From the NCBI RefSeq assembly GCF_006345805.1, contig NC_043002.1, forward strand, positions 43,834,001 through 43,898,000: 64,000 nt of DNA, given 5' to 3'. Within the stretch, counting starts at the first letter, position 1. Each line of letters begins with the position of its first letter. Positions 1-12,619 of this stretch are shown here, one piece after another. The position numbers were made by a program, and so were the translations under genes. Below the pieces are notes generated by a model. The model made no database searches, was not told where the DNA came from, and saw only the letters and a list, made by a program, of their open reading frames with translations. The stretch comes from Octopus sinensis. Lineage: Eukaryota.

Positions 1-170
1 TTTTCCTGTCTTGAAAGTTACTTGGTGACCTCACTTGTACTGGTGGCACAAAAAAAAAAAGTATTCAGTATTCACTGTAAAGTGGCTTGCATTTGGAGCT
101 CAGTACAACCCTGCAGCTCATCACATCCTATCAAATTGTCCAATCTACGCTAGTGTGTAAAACGAATATT
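1..170 (+). mobile_element. Old degenerate RTE-type 3' tail fragment
   Basis: ggtggcacaaaaaaa..gtggcttgcatttggagc..tccaatctacgctagtgtg matches the layout of the better preserved tails. Confidence 0.5.
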
Positions 171-236
171 AAATTATGATTGTATCTATATATGGATGGA
201 TGTGTGTGTGCATATATATTGTATATAGAATAGCTA

Positions 237-639
237 CAGGTGTGACTGTATGGTTAAGAAGTTTGCTTCCCAACCACATGGTTTTGTTTACAGTGTCATT
301 ACATGGCACCTTGGGCAAGTGTCTTCTACTATAGCCCCAGGCTGATCTAAGTCTTGTAAGTTTGGTTGACAGAAACTGAAACAGACATTTTATATATAAG
401 TACATGTGTGTATAAATTTGTAATTCCTTGTCATGACTTCATATGCTTGTTGTAAATGAATATCATTCATTTCCAATATCCTGCAAGAAATGTCTGACCA
501 TAGGGAAATATTATTTTGCTTGCAAACAGGCTAGGGTTGGTGACAGGAAAGGCATCCAGACTTAGAAAATCTGATTTTATTAATTCTGTCCAACCCATGC
601 AAAGTATAGAAAAGTGGATGTCACAATGGTGATGATGAT
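237..639 (+). mobile_element. tRNA-derived SINE ending in an RTE-like tail
   Basis: Head ..ccaaccacatgg..ggcaccttgggcaagtgtcttctactatagc is shared with the other SINE copies. The 3' part has ggttggtgacaggaaaggcatccag and tccaacccatgc..gatgatgat. Confidence 0.7.
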
Positions 640-1559
640 ATCACAACTGTCCAATGAACAGGAACATGAAACTCTGAGTAACAGTTCTGTGGTAATTTTG
701 CAGCTTTAATAAAAAGTGTGTGTATATATATATAAAGAAGCATTGGTTTGTAGAAGAAACATTAAATTTGTGTCAACAACTTTGCATACAACACCATCCC
801 TCAAACATTTAATCACATATAAAAAACGCCATGGTCTACGAACACATAAAAGAAATAATACATATGCATAAAATCACTGAAGGTAAAAATATATATTCTA
901 ATAAAAGACAAATAGAACAGCTTACCAAAAGATAAATATAGTGACTAAAAATTCAAAATTACCAGAAAGCCTAATGCTCTACCGCACTCACATCTTATTT
1001 ACACAATCTGAAGAGGAATAATAAGAGTTATTCTCTGGAATGGTCCATTATTTCGAGAGCCCCTTACTTCAGAGTAAATATAAATAAGTGTAAGTTGTGT
1101 GTAAAGGAATCCCTTGCAATCCTTAAGTCTTTTTGGGCCCAAAACTTTAAATAGATTTACTGAGGTGATCCCTTTTTGCAACTATAGGATTTTGTCCACC
1201 TTTTTGAAATTATATAGAAATAAAAATAGATGTAATAAAATTGTTTAGCATTACCGGGATTTGAAACCAGTGAGGTTAAATTTCTGTTAATTACAGCCAC
1301 CTGAGTGTTTAGCAATAGTCTCTTCTTTTTTTTTTTTTTCTACAGAAAATTTGGACTGGTTCGCTGATGGGTACTTCTTAAATTATATAAGCTTTTCATA
1401 AAAAGTTGTGATCTGTGTGTGTTTCCTGCTTGATTGCGAAGTGTTGTTGTTTTTTGTGCCACTTTGCAATGGTTTATGTGATTGTGCTGTCCCTCAGCGT
1501 TTTGAGGAGAGATGGCTGAATCTGGGAAGAAAAACATGTTTTATTTGGACCTGTGTGAA

Positions 1560-3765
1560 TCAGAGATGTTGGCTTCGAAATCAATAGTTCTCTTGCTCAT
1601 GTAGAGATTTAGGAGTATTTTCTTTCAACCTCATCACATAGCCACATATTTATACCTTTCAATTTAAATGAAGTCTTCACTGATTCATTATATTGCAATT
1701 CTGATAACTCCTCTTGGTAATTGAACTGCATCATCAGAACTGTCAATCAGCAGTGGTTGAGTTAACCAAGGCAAAAAGAAAAAAAAAATTCATTGCCTTC
1801 AAATCACAAAATCTGTTGTTGAAGTCATTTATTAAGATATTAAAATGGTCAATAGTTACAATGGCAGCATCATTTACTCAACAAGTATAACTGACTGAAA
1901 TTTCTTTTGGAAACATTTGTTTGGCATATTTCAAGGGCTGTAATGAATCCAAATATCTTTGCTTTCATGTCAACAAGAGTCATATTTGCACCTTGGAGTT
2001 GTTTATTCAAATTTCCAAGTTTCTCAAAGATGTCAAATAACTGACAAATGCTTTTCCATCCATTGTTGACAGCATTTTCATTTTACATTTATCAACCCGT
2101 GGCCCCTACCTGGGACGTAGTCAGTCCACCTGTGCATACCTTCCTGCTTGTGACACTTGTGAAGACCTGTTGAGGCAAATCAAATCAAAGTCAAATCGAA
2201 TCAAGTCAAACCAAATCAAAATAGATGAACATCAATGGAATTTGTATCCTTGTGGTACCAGTGCCGGTGGCACATAAGAAAACCATCCGAACGGGACCGT
2301 AGCCAGTACCGCATCGACTGGCCTCCGTGCCGTGGGCACGTAACAAACACCATCCGATCGTAGCCGTTCGCCAGCCTCATCTGGCACCTGTGTCGGTGGC
2401 ACATAAGAAAAACACCGAAAACACCATATCCGAGTGTGGCCGTCTGCCAGCCTCGTCTGGCACCTGTGTCGGTGGCACATAAAAAACACCATCCGAGCGT
2501 GGCCGTCTGCCAGCCTCGTCTGGCACCTGTGTCGGTGGCACATAAAAAACACCATCCGAGCGTGGCCGTCTGCCAGCCTTGTCTGGCACCTGTGTCGGTG
2601 GCACATAAAATCACCCACTACACTCTCGGAGTGGTTGGCGTTAGGAAGGGCATCCAGCTGTAGAAACACTGCCAGATCTGACTGGCCTGGTGTAGCCTTC
2701 GGGCTTGCCAGACCCCAGTTGAACCGTCCAACCCATGCTAGCATGGAAAGTGGACATTAAACGATGATGACTGAGAAAGTCATTTCGCTGATCAAATAAT
2801 TCCATGAACCTTTTGAAGCCATTTCCACTTGATAGCTACCTTACTTCTGTATGGGTCAATAATTAAACATGCTTGGCACTTTGATTTACACAAAACTGCT
2901 TAAAAAGATGTTCAGCTTTGGAATTAACTTTAATGCTATTGACACACTTGATCACAGCTTGTAGAACGTCATTAAGAACAGGGGATAGTTTCTTTGCAAC
3001 CAAATTTTCTCAGTTTGTAATGCAAAAGATAATCAACATTTTTTGATTTTCATCCTCCATCATTTTTAAGCATCCCCTTTTCTTGCCCATCATAGCAGGT
3101 GCATTGTCTGCCGCGCATGACAGTAAGTTTTCTTTAGGTATTTTGCTTGTATCCAAATAATGTTTAAGTTTGCTGTGGATATCCTTTGCTGTTGTTGTTG
3201 TTTCCAATGATTTGCAAAACAACATCTCTTCCTGCAAAGCTTTGTGCTCAATATATTTCACATAAGTCCATAACAGGGTGGATTCATCCATTTATAATAA
3301 GAATTTTTGTGATTTTAATGTCTCAATAAGCTTGTTTTCAACACCTTGTCCCATTTCATCAATTCTGTTGGAGACAGTGTTATTACTGAGTAGCATGGCC
3401 CTGACACATCTATCATCATTTTGTTGTACAGTTTTTAAGAATGTTGAGATTGCTGGTTTAATCAGTTGCTCTGCAAAAGTGATTCTTTCCATGTTTTGCT
3501 ATAAGTAGGGAGATTTCATAGCTAGCTTTAAGGGCACAAATGTGGTACACATGTTGTGCAGCAAATAGTGAAGTGAATCTGAATTAGAATTGTTGGGATG
3601 TCTTATCCTCAAGTGCATTTTTAAGCCTGCCTGCCCTTATTGACTCATTTTCTGGTGACACAATAAGCAGAACGATTTACGTTCATCATGGTCATCAGGA
3701 ATAAACCCAAACTTCAAAAACTCCACCGCATATTGACGAGTCTTCTTCTTGCTTTGGTTACTCAT
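1560..3765 (-). pseudogene. Decayed hAT (Charlie/Buster, ZBED5/8-like) transposase, split by an RTE 3' UTR insertion at 2094-2770
   Basis: Fragments in order: BED-finger-like CLLCHQKM..HLRIRH, LSNNTVSNRIDEM, MDEST, EEMLFCKSLETTTTAKDI, ADNAPAMMGKKRG, HTEVR*LS. After the insertion the remainder reads approximately IFEKLGNLNKQLQG..NDFNNRF..YQEELSELQ. Several stops and frameshifts. Confidence 0.85.
2094..2770 (+). mobile_element. RTE LINE, 3' UTR only (young family A)
   Basis: Near identical to the UTR after the RT stop codon at 6224 and 60591. Contains the 63-nt module array and an (ATG)n tail. Confidence 0.92.
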
Positions 3766-5748
3766 TTTAAAAAGAAAGCAATGAAACAAAGGTGATGGTG
3801 ATTTTTGCACAGTGTAGAAAGAAAGGGATTTGAAGCATCAACCAACAATAGTGAGTGGAGTTGACTGCTGCTTTTACAAATGCTTGACACTGGACAATAG
3901 ATATTGAAACAGAGAAACAAATGCAGATACCTCACTCGGTACGCTGGTTGGTCATAGCTACATCACTTCTCATGGTTTCAGTATAAATATTGCATGGCAA
4001 TGCTTTTTTCATTCCAGTGTCCAAAGATAGGGTTAGGGTCGACAAGTGTGAGCTGAAGTCACTTGTAAAAATTTTCACCACCCACGCTAATGCACACCCC
4101 ACCCCAATTTTCCCATGCCCGACATTGGCAAACACTGCTGTAAAAGAATATCACTCATGCTGAGTGTGTGTTTATGAGCATGTATGTATGTTTGTGTGTA
4201 GGGAATTTCATTAGGGCAACAGAGCGATTTGAAAAAAGGCATGTAAAAGATAATTTATTTTAATGAAATATTTTCCTTTTAGTAAATGATTTTTCTTACA
4301 CATGGACTCATTTGATGTGGGGTAGGGTTAAAGATTTAAATATGAAATTTTTTTTTGTTGTCGCTTTTACTCTATAAAAGTATATTGCTCACGCTGAGTT
4401 TGTGTGTGGGTGTGTATGCATATAATTTTAAAACAATGGTATGTAAAAGATAATTTATTTCAATAGCATACATTTTCTCTTAGTAAATGTTTCTTTTTAC
4501 ATACACACACATGCATGTAGACCCGCATAATGCAGTATGGGGTCAATGATTTAAATAACTGATTTTTTTTGTTGTTATTGATTAAATCCTAGCAATTGAT
4601 CACTGTATCGTCATTCCATAAAATGTGTCTATAGAGAGAAAAATATTGAAAAAACATCAAAAGAAATAAAGAAGGCACTAAGTTGTCATGGGATGAGATA
4701 GAAACAACAGCTAAATCTCCCTTAAACCACCTTTTCATCTGAAAATTATTTTGAAATTATAAACAGAAACAAATTGCAGATTCAGACTGTATTTAAAACT
4801 AAGATTTTAAAAAAGTTGGCATCAAAAAACTGAAATTTTAAGATTTAAATTACATTTCATTTTCTGTTTGGAAATAAAGGAAGTGAGGATTGTAATGGTG
4901 TTCACCAGTTTCCCAAATTTTTTTTTCTTTTAACCTTCAAGGTTTCTCCCATCATTTTAAAGTATGTAGTCCAGAAGCAAAAATAATAATAACTAAATAA
5001 AAAACATTGGCCAAAATCAGTACTGAGTGGAAGAGGGGATTTTGAAAAGATTCATAAATTTTCATAAACTTTTTTTTTTACTGAAAAGGTATCTCATTGT
5101 TTTTAAGTGCATAGTCTGAAAAAATTGGACAGAATGGCCCAGAAGGAAGGGGAGAGGGAGGGTTCAAAAATTGTTTTTCATAAAAAGCTTCCCCCTATCA
5201 TTTGCAAGGGTGTGGTAAAAAACAGATTTGAAAAATCCCTGTCAAAGCAGAGAAAATCCAATTTATGTGGGTGTGCTATTCTGGAAGTTCTCCAAGGATT
5301 TTCAGAAAGCACACTCACACAGCAATATTGTGAAAATTACCTGGCAATGACAGGATTGTCAACTAGTATATTTATAAAGACACCAGATTTAAGGAGGTCA
5401 TTACTGAAATTTAAGATGAGCTTTGATACTCATCCTTTGCCAATATTAGAAAGCTATCCCAGTTATATTATTAAATGAACTTATTCATATCTCCATACAT
5501 GCTGCTGCAAAGAAGAAAATGGCTAGAGAAGCAGAGGAAATTAACTTTGTGTCAATAAGAAAATCAAATCACTTAAATCCACTTAGAGTTGTGAGTTTTA
5601 TTACTGATTAAAAATGAAATTGCGTAAATTCCAGTATATTGAGAAATATTTTCTCTAATGAGCATTTTCACAAATGTATAAATATCTTCCTTAGATAACA
5701 ATTGAAATGAAGATATGAAATCTCTTGGAGAGTCTGTAGAGATACATA

Positions 5749-5782
<34 letters not shown>

Positions 5783-5852
5783 GACGATGATGATGATGAT
5801 ATATATATATATATATATATAATATATATATATAATGACGATGATGATGATG

Positions 5853-5886
<34 letters not shown>

Positions 5887-5897
5887 TCACACACACA

Positions 5898-6824
5898 ATG
5901 CTCCGATGGATGTGTAATGTCAGTGTTCATAATCGTCAGAGTGTAAGTACCTTGAGAGAAAAGTTGAACCTAAGAAGCATCAGTTGTGGTGTGCAAGAGA
6001 GACGGCTGCGCTGGTATGGTCATGTGACGAGAATGGCTGAAGATAGTTGTGTGCAAAAGTGCTACACCCTAGCAGTTGAGGGAACCTGTGGAAGAGGTAG
6101 ACCCAGGAAAACCTGGGACAAGGTGGTGAAGCATGACCTTCGAGCTTTAGGTCTCACCAAGGAAATGACTAGAGACCGAGACCTATGGAAGTATGCTGTG
6201 CGTGAGAAGACCCGGCAAGACTAGTCAGGCCATAACCCGTGGCCCCTACCTGAGATGTAGTCAGTCCACCTGTGCATACCTTCCTTCTTGTGACACTTGT
6301 GAAGACCTGTTGAGGCAAGTGAAAATCAAAACAAATCAAAATAGATGAACATCAATGGAATTTGTATCTTTGTGGTACCAGTGCCGGTGGCACACAAGAA
6401 AACCATCCGAACGTGGCCGTAGCCAGTACCGCATCGACTGGCCTCCGTGCTGTGGGCACGTAACAAACACCATCCGATCGTGGCCGTTCGCCAGCCTCAT
6501 CTGGCACCTGTGTCGGTGGCACATAAAAAACACCATCCGAGCGTGGCCGTCTGCCAGCCTCGTCTGGCACCTGTGTCGGTGGCACATAAAAAACACCATC
6601 CGAGCATGGCCGTTCGCCAGCCTCGTCTGGCACCTGTGTCGGTGGCACATAAAATCACCCACTACACTCTCGGAGTGGTTGGCGTTAGGAAGGGCATCCA
6701 GCTGTAGAAACACTGCCAGATCTGACTGGCCTGGTGCAGCCTTCGGGCTCCCCAGACCCCAGTTGAACCGTCCAACCCATGCTAGCATGGAAAGCGGTTG
6801 TTAAATGATGATGATGATGATGAT
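5898..6824 (+). mobile_element. 5'-truncated RTE LINE (family A): RT C-terminus plus complete 3' UTR
   Basis: MLRWMCNV..QERRLRWYGHV..GRGRPRKTW..EKTRQD* is almost identical to the end of ORF 60591-62939. (ATG)n tail. Confidence 0.95.
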
Positions 6825-6875
6825 ATGTTTTAATGTAGTTTGGAATTGATTTTTGACTTTATCACAGTTAAGGTG

Positions 6876-7275
6876 CAGTAGTGGCTGTGTAGTAACAAAC
6901 TTGCTTTCCTACCACATTTTTCTGGTTTCAGTCCTACTGCAAGGTACCTTGGGCAAATGTCTTTTACTATAACTCCAGGCTAACCAAATCCTTGTTATTT
7001 TGTTAGACAGAAACTGAAAAAAAGCCTGTCTTGTGTATATGTGTGTACATATATTTGTATTTCTGTTTGTCTTCCATCACCACTTGGCAACTCTTGTGTT
7101 GGTTTTTTTTTTTATCTCCTTGTAACTTAGTAGCTTGGCATAACAGACCATTAGAAAATGTACCAGGATTTAAAAAACAATTACTGAGTGTCAGTTCGTT
7201 TGACTAAAAGCCTTCAAGGTGGTTCTCCTGCATGACTGCAGTCCAGTCATTGAAGCAAGTAGAAAATAAAAGATA
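6876..7275 (+). mobile_element. Diverged tRNA-derived SINE (same family as 24249-24659)
   Basis: gtggctgtgt..ggtaccttgggcaaatgtc..gaaactgaaa..ccttcaaggtggttctcc..gaagcaagtagaaaataaaag. Confidence 0.75.
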
Positions 7276-8096
7276 ACTTTACCACACTGCCACATATTCT
7301 TAAGGAATTGAGAAATGGACTGACCTGATCCTAGCACTGGCTTTAACATCCATTGTGATATCAGATCTTTGAACAAGAACATATAACTAAATATGGTATT
7401 TTGTGTAATTGGTGCGATGAAGTTCAATTTTGCTCTACTGTCATCAAATATACCTGTAGATACACTGTGGAAGAGCTGCTTTAGCCATCTAAAAACACCT
7501 GTAAAATGGTTAAGTTTTGTGAGGCATTAAACATTTTTGTAGCACCACTGGTATCATTGGTCATAGACGTAGTTTCACTGTAACTCTCTGACACTTAGTC
7601 TCAAGTGGGTTTTTATAGACCTCAGTTTCAATGTACAGACATATGTGTCTGTTATACATTCATTGCTCAACTTCTTGTTAACAGCCATGATTAATCACTT
7701 TTTGATTTCACTTGACTGTAATGTTTATAACACTGTACTTAGCATTATCATTGGTACATCTCTATCTCTCCCCACCCTCTCTCTCTCTACCCACCTCCTG
7801 TCGCTGTCCTCTTCCTTCCTTTTTTCCCCCCCATTTCTTTCTGTCATGATGGCTGGCTTTGAAAATATACACAGCTGTATAAATCATTTTTATACATATA
7901 TATATAAAGTAGTTTTTGACATATTTTCTTATAGTACAAATGTGTGAAAAAAATAGAAATAGATTTTCTCTAACTAGATTTAATTTTAACTTCTTGGCAA
8001 AAAAAAGGAAAACAAAAAAATACCAAATACATAAAAGAGGCAGGAGGTCATACACTAATTTAGATCTAGTATCATACTCAATATTGTACCTATATA

Positions 8097-9269
8097 CAGG
8101 GTGTTCTAGCTAAAGTTGACAATTTTTTGTGTCTGTCTTTCTTTTTTTTTTCAGGAACAGCTTGATGTATTGGCAAACAGCCAGTGGTTTTGGAGAGCAT
8201 AAACATTAAAGTTGTTGAGAAAAAATTGGTTGATGCGGAGGAGTTGAAGTCATCTGGATATTGGAAAAGAGTTGTATCATGATAATTTGCTCAAGGTATC
8301 GAATGCCAACATCATGACCACTGCTCAATGCTCTCTGAATATGGTAAAGACTGTGAGATGTGACATGGACAGCCGCAATGGGGACTACCAAACTAGCCAG
8401 CAAAAAGTTACACAGTGGATATTCTGACTGTATCCACACGCCAGAAATAATCCAACAGGACAAGGTGATGAAAGATTCAAGCAAAGAAACCTGGGTTTTG
8501 GTGAGAAAGATGGATGTTGGAGTTGCCACCATGAAGCTGACTCTGAATGAGGTCCTTTGCTACCACTCATTCAAAAGATGCAAGGGACAAATTATGACAG
8601 CCAAGGAGAACTGTTTGATGAAGACAAAGAAGCTCCTGAATAAGCCAAGGCATCCTGTTGAGTCGAGGATCATCTGTTTTTTCTCAAATGAAAAGAACTT
8701 CTGCCAAGACCGGTTGCACAACACATAGAATGACAGGTGGCTTGTCTACAATCCCACGTATCATGAGAACCAAGTTCCTCCAAACTGTGATGGTCCATAG
8801 GTGTCCCTCCAGTGAGGGTGATGTTATGCCACCCCGCTTCATTGAACAGCATCAGGTTCAGCTCAGAAAGCTGTGCGAAGCTGCTGGAGAGGGTTACTTC
8901 TGGAAGGTCATATGTGTTTCAGCAAGATTTGACTCTTTGCAATAGATCCAGAGGGAATCAGAAGAATTTCCACAACTTCACCAGTCACAATTTCTGACCT
9001 CCTAATTCCCTTGATTGTAATAATCATGGATTACTATGTAGGGGGCATGACTGAGACAAATACTAACTGCTCTGCTGGTGACCAAGATCAAGGTGTTTGA
9101 AGATTTTCCCACACAGTGAGGAATGCAAGGACAAGATTTCAAAACCATCTTAAGGCCATGGTGGAAGCTGAGGGTGACTGCTTTAAATTATCTGTTATCT
9201 CCCAACCATAATCTAGTTGATTTTCTTTTGAATTTTGAAAATACTGTCAAATTTAGCCTGAACTGCCTT
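8097..9269 (+). mobile_element. Decayed maT/DD37D-like Tc1-mariner transposon
   Basis: TA|cagggtgttctagctaaagttgaca left end with an imperfect inverted match tgtcaaatttagcctgaac at ~9245-9263. Relic peptides FFSNEKNF, NDRWL, VMPPRF, YVFQQD, PPNSLDCN, DYYV. Confidence 0.8.
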
Positions 9270-9286
9270 TATGGTAATAAATATGC

Positions 9287-9323
<37 letters not shown>

Positions 9324-9350
9324 CATCATCATCCTCATCATCATTTAGCG

Positions 9351-9421
<71 letters not shown>

Positions 9422-9978
9422 CATATTTATTACCATATAGGCTGTTGATATAAACACATGCACATTTGAATGTATATGAGTATAAACTTGTTCAATCAGC
9501 TGGAGATGAGAAATGTGCATATTTCCAGACTTAAAGTTGAAACTGGGTTCATGCTCTGATACTCTAATTTATAAACTGACATAGTTATCAACCATAGTGT
9601 TGTATCAGAGGCATATTATGATATTCACACTGAGTTTGTTGGTAGATTCATTGTGTTTATTTGATGCATTTTGATTTTTTTTAAATGGACTTAGTTTTCT
9701 TTTTAGGATAGTTTGCTCATTGATATTCCAAGCTGTCACTCCTACACAAGTGTCAGGGAAGCCTACACATAATTTTATTGTCACCTTATACAGTGTAATG
9801 CATTTTTTACTTTGCAGTAGCTGTATGCGTTTTGTGATATATATTTCATGACTGTTGTCACTGTTGAAAGGCTAGAAGTTGAGGCTAACTTCCTTCCACT
9901 AATCACAGTCTTTGTAAAGTATCATGGATAGTTTCTTGCTGCTTGGTTAAAAGATTGAAAAACACCTATATTCTCAGT

Positions 9979-10134
9979 GGGAGCGGTTGTGTTGTAAGTA
10001 GCTTGCTTACCAACCACATAGTTCTGGGTTCAGTCCCACTGCATGGCACCTTGGGCAAGTGTCTTCTATTATAACTTCGGGCTGACCAAAGCCTTGTGAG
10101 TGGGTTTGGTTGACAGAAACTGAAAGAAGTCCGT

Positions 10135-10138
<4 letters not shown>
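9979..10138 (+). mobile_element. 5' half of tRNA-derived SINE, ending in (TA)n
   Basis: High identity to the first 160 nt of 24249-24659. Confidence 0.85.
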
Positions 10139-10171
<33 letters not shown>

Positions 10172-11785
10172 CAATCAAAAAAGAGTGAAAAAACTACAGA
10201 GGGCTTGTGTTATATGGTTAAAGAATATATTTAAATTGTTATCTTAGAAAAATGTTGTAAAATTTTGTGTATGGTAACATAGTTTTTGGAGAAATAACCA
10301 GTTTCATATTTTCTTTTCAAATTTCTCAAAGTTCTTTACCTATACCATATCATGTCTTTGCTATGTTGTGAAATATGGAATTCCAGGCAGGGGAAGGTAG
10401 TCAGAGAATTTTTCTGGTATAAGGGAGATAATCAAAAATGTTGGGAATGACTAGGCTTGATTAATTCAACATGATTTACTTTAGAAGGAATAGAATGTTA
10501 CAAGTGGTTAGGTTTTGCTTTATACTTTTTTCAATGAGGTTAGTTTCTTTATTTAAAAATGTTAGAAATGCTTAAGTTTTGGCTTATATTTTTCAATGAA
10601 GAAGGTTTCCTTATTTAATCTAACTTGTGTTGGTGTTCCAATGGCACATTGATAGAATGGAAAGATTAAAAATTGTGGTAGCAGTTCCATATCAGATCAG
10701 AGCCTAGTGCTGCTGCTGATTGATCCATGGGCTATAGTATAGAATGGTACTGAACCCCCTAACTACATGGTTTTCAAAGCATATTTCTAAATAACACAGC
10801 TTGAACTTAGTCAAAATGAAAGTCGTTGCTCCTGACTCCTAAACAGGACCTCCAGGACTGGTGGGTGGGAGGTAGGAAGGTGTTCTCAAACCTGAGACTT
10901 TGACCAAATTATTGTTTTGGAGTGGACTTTACTTTAGGTACTCAAGTGCCAGGTGATGGTGTTCAGCAGTGTGATGGAACTTGCTGTGCAGGTGTAAATT
11001 TTGGTTTGGGGTTTGGTGTAGGTAATAGGAAATGACCCTTTGTATTTCATTCAAGAGATGCTAAGATCTGTGAGAACTCAAAGAATTTTTTTTAAAAAAG
11101 CACCATTGAATTTACAGTAATAAATAATTAACCTTTTCCATAACCACAGATCATAGGGGCCAATGATTAACTCTGATGTCTTTAGTGTTGATTAACCAAC
11201 TGAAAATGTTTCCCAAGAGTTTCGATATTTATTCCCTTCACATTGACATACAGCACAAAATATCCACAGGGGATTCAATTTACTAACATCGGAGCTAAGC
11301 CAGTCAGTAATATTTATGTTGCCTCAGTCTATTATAAATGTTAAAGTTCTATTGTTGATGCATCAGCTCTTCTGTTGTTTGAAGTGTGGATATTATTTCA
11401 TGTTGCTATCATTTGTTTTAGGTCATGACAATCTTGATAATTATCATGGTTGTTCAATCAGTGACATGCACTTTTAAAAACTTTATTTATTTATTTATTC
11501 TCTTTATGGTGTCGTCATACTTTCTCAGATGTTCAAATTAAAGTAGTTATTAGAATGTTAATTCAGCTTAATTACATTTTCTGTTCTTCTATTGAATACA
11601 CTTTGAATAATTTATTATCTTGAAATTCCTCTTATTTCAGTACACTATTTATTATCTTAAATCTGCTCTTTTTGTTTTTACAATATTTGTTATTGAAATG
11701 AAATAATCCAGTTACACTGCTGTATCTCATCTTTGCTTGCATATCCACCCTAAAATAAAGAAAAATTTCTATTTTCTTCTTTTAG

Positions 11786-11849
11786 GATATTACACTGCGA
11801 AAATTAACTCGGCCAACATCTGCAAAAGGTTCAAGACATAAAAAAGAAG
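11786..11849 (+). CDS. TRAF3IP1: Internal coding exon A of a probable TRAF3IP1/IFT54 (MIP-T3) gene, 64 nt, phase 0 to 1
   Basis: Pyrimidine tract plus tttag|GAT acceptor and GAAG|gtaagt donor. Translates DITLRKLTRPTSAKGSRHKKE. The RPxSAKG motif is recalled from the IFT54 central region. Joins exon B in frame. Confidence 0.65.
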
Positions 11850-12532
11850 GTAAGTTTGTTTACCTGTTGTCAGTAACAAAGAATGCTTACAGATGTTGTC
11901 TCTATAGGAGACCTTAAAATAAATTGCAAAAATTTACAAATATCATGACAATAATATAGATGTTTTTTTTTTTTCTCATTTTAATAATGCAAAAGTAGAA
12001 TCTATTGAAATTACAGGTGTTTATGCATAAGAATAAAGAATAGTTGTCTTTGTTGAGACTAGAATAAAATCTAATCTAGAATTTATGTAGAACTTACAGC
12101 AGTGTATAATTACAATATTGCCATTGTTGATGATGAAATTTCTAAACTGCTTGCTAAAAATACAACGAAGATACACAATTGAAAGTAACAAAGATTTATT
12201 CTTAAATTTCCATTATCATCTTGGCTTCTTTCGCCACCAGCTTACCATTTTCTGTTATGATATTCTTCCAAATATTTGTCTTATATTATATTTCCATCTA
12301 TTCTATCAACACCCCTTACTAATTATTGACACTGTTCAGTAAACATTGCATCACTGTTTCAAGTATTTTTCTTTAAAGTGATATAAATGATTCAATTTTA
12401 GTTGACAGTTATACTTTAGAATATTTTGAGTCAATTTACAGTATCTATTACAGTTCTCATCCAACACATTTGGTTTTTTTGATTGTCCTTTTACCAACAA
12501 CTTTCATATTCCATTGTAAGATTTGCATCATC

Positions 12533-12619
12533 ATCTTCTTCTTCTTCTTCTTCTTCTTCTTCTTCTTCTTCTTCTTCTTCTTCTTCTTCTTCTTCTTCTT
12601 CTTCTTCTTCTTCTTCTTC
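12533..12619. repeat. (TCT)n microsatellite, about 29 units
   Basis: Direct reading. Explains the poly-Ser ORF 12483-12716. Confidence 0.97.

Noticed and set aside
2216-2760. Overlapping ORFs with MCHRHRCQ/WHLCRWHIK repeats (also 6336-6804 and 58220-60474)
   Set aside because: A 63-nt module is a multiple of three, so frames stay open by chance inside a LINE 3' UTR.
6480-6660. Assigning the 63-nt module to a known ribozyme class
   Set aside because: It lacks CUGANGA/GAAA, lacks an HDV P3/L3 inside the first stem, and does not fit twister or pistol conserved nucleotides. Left unassigned.
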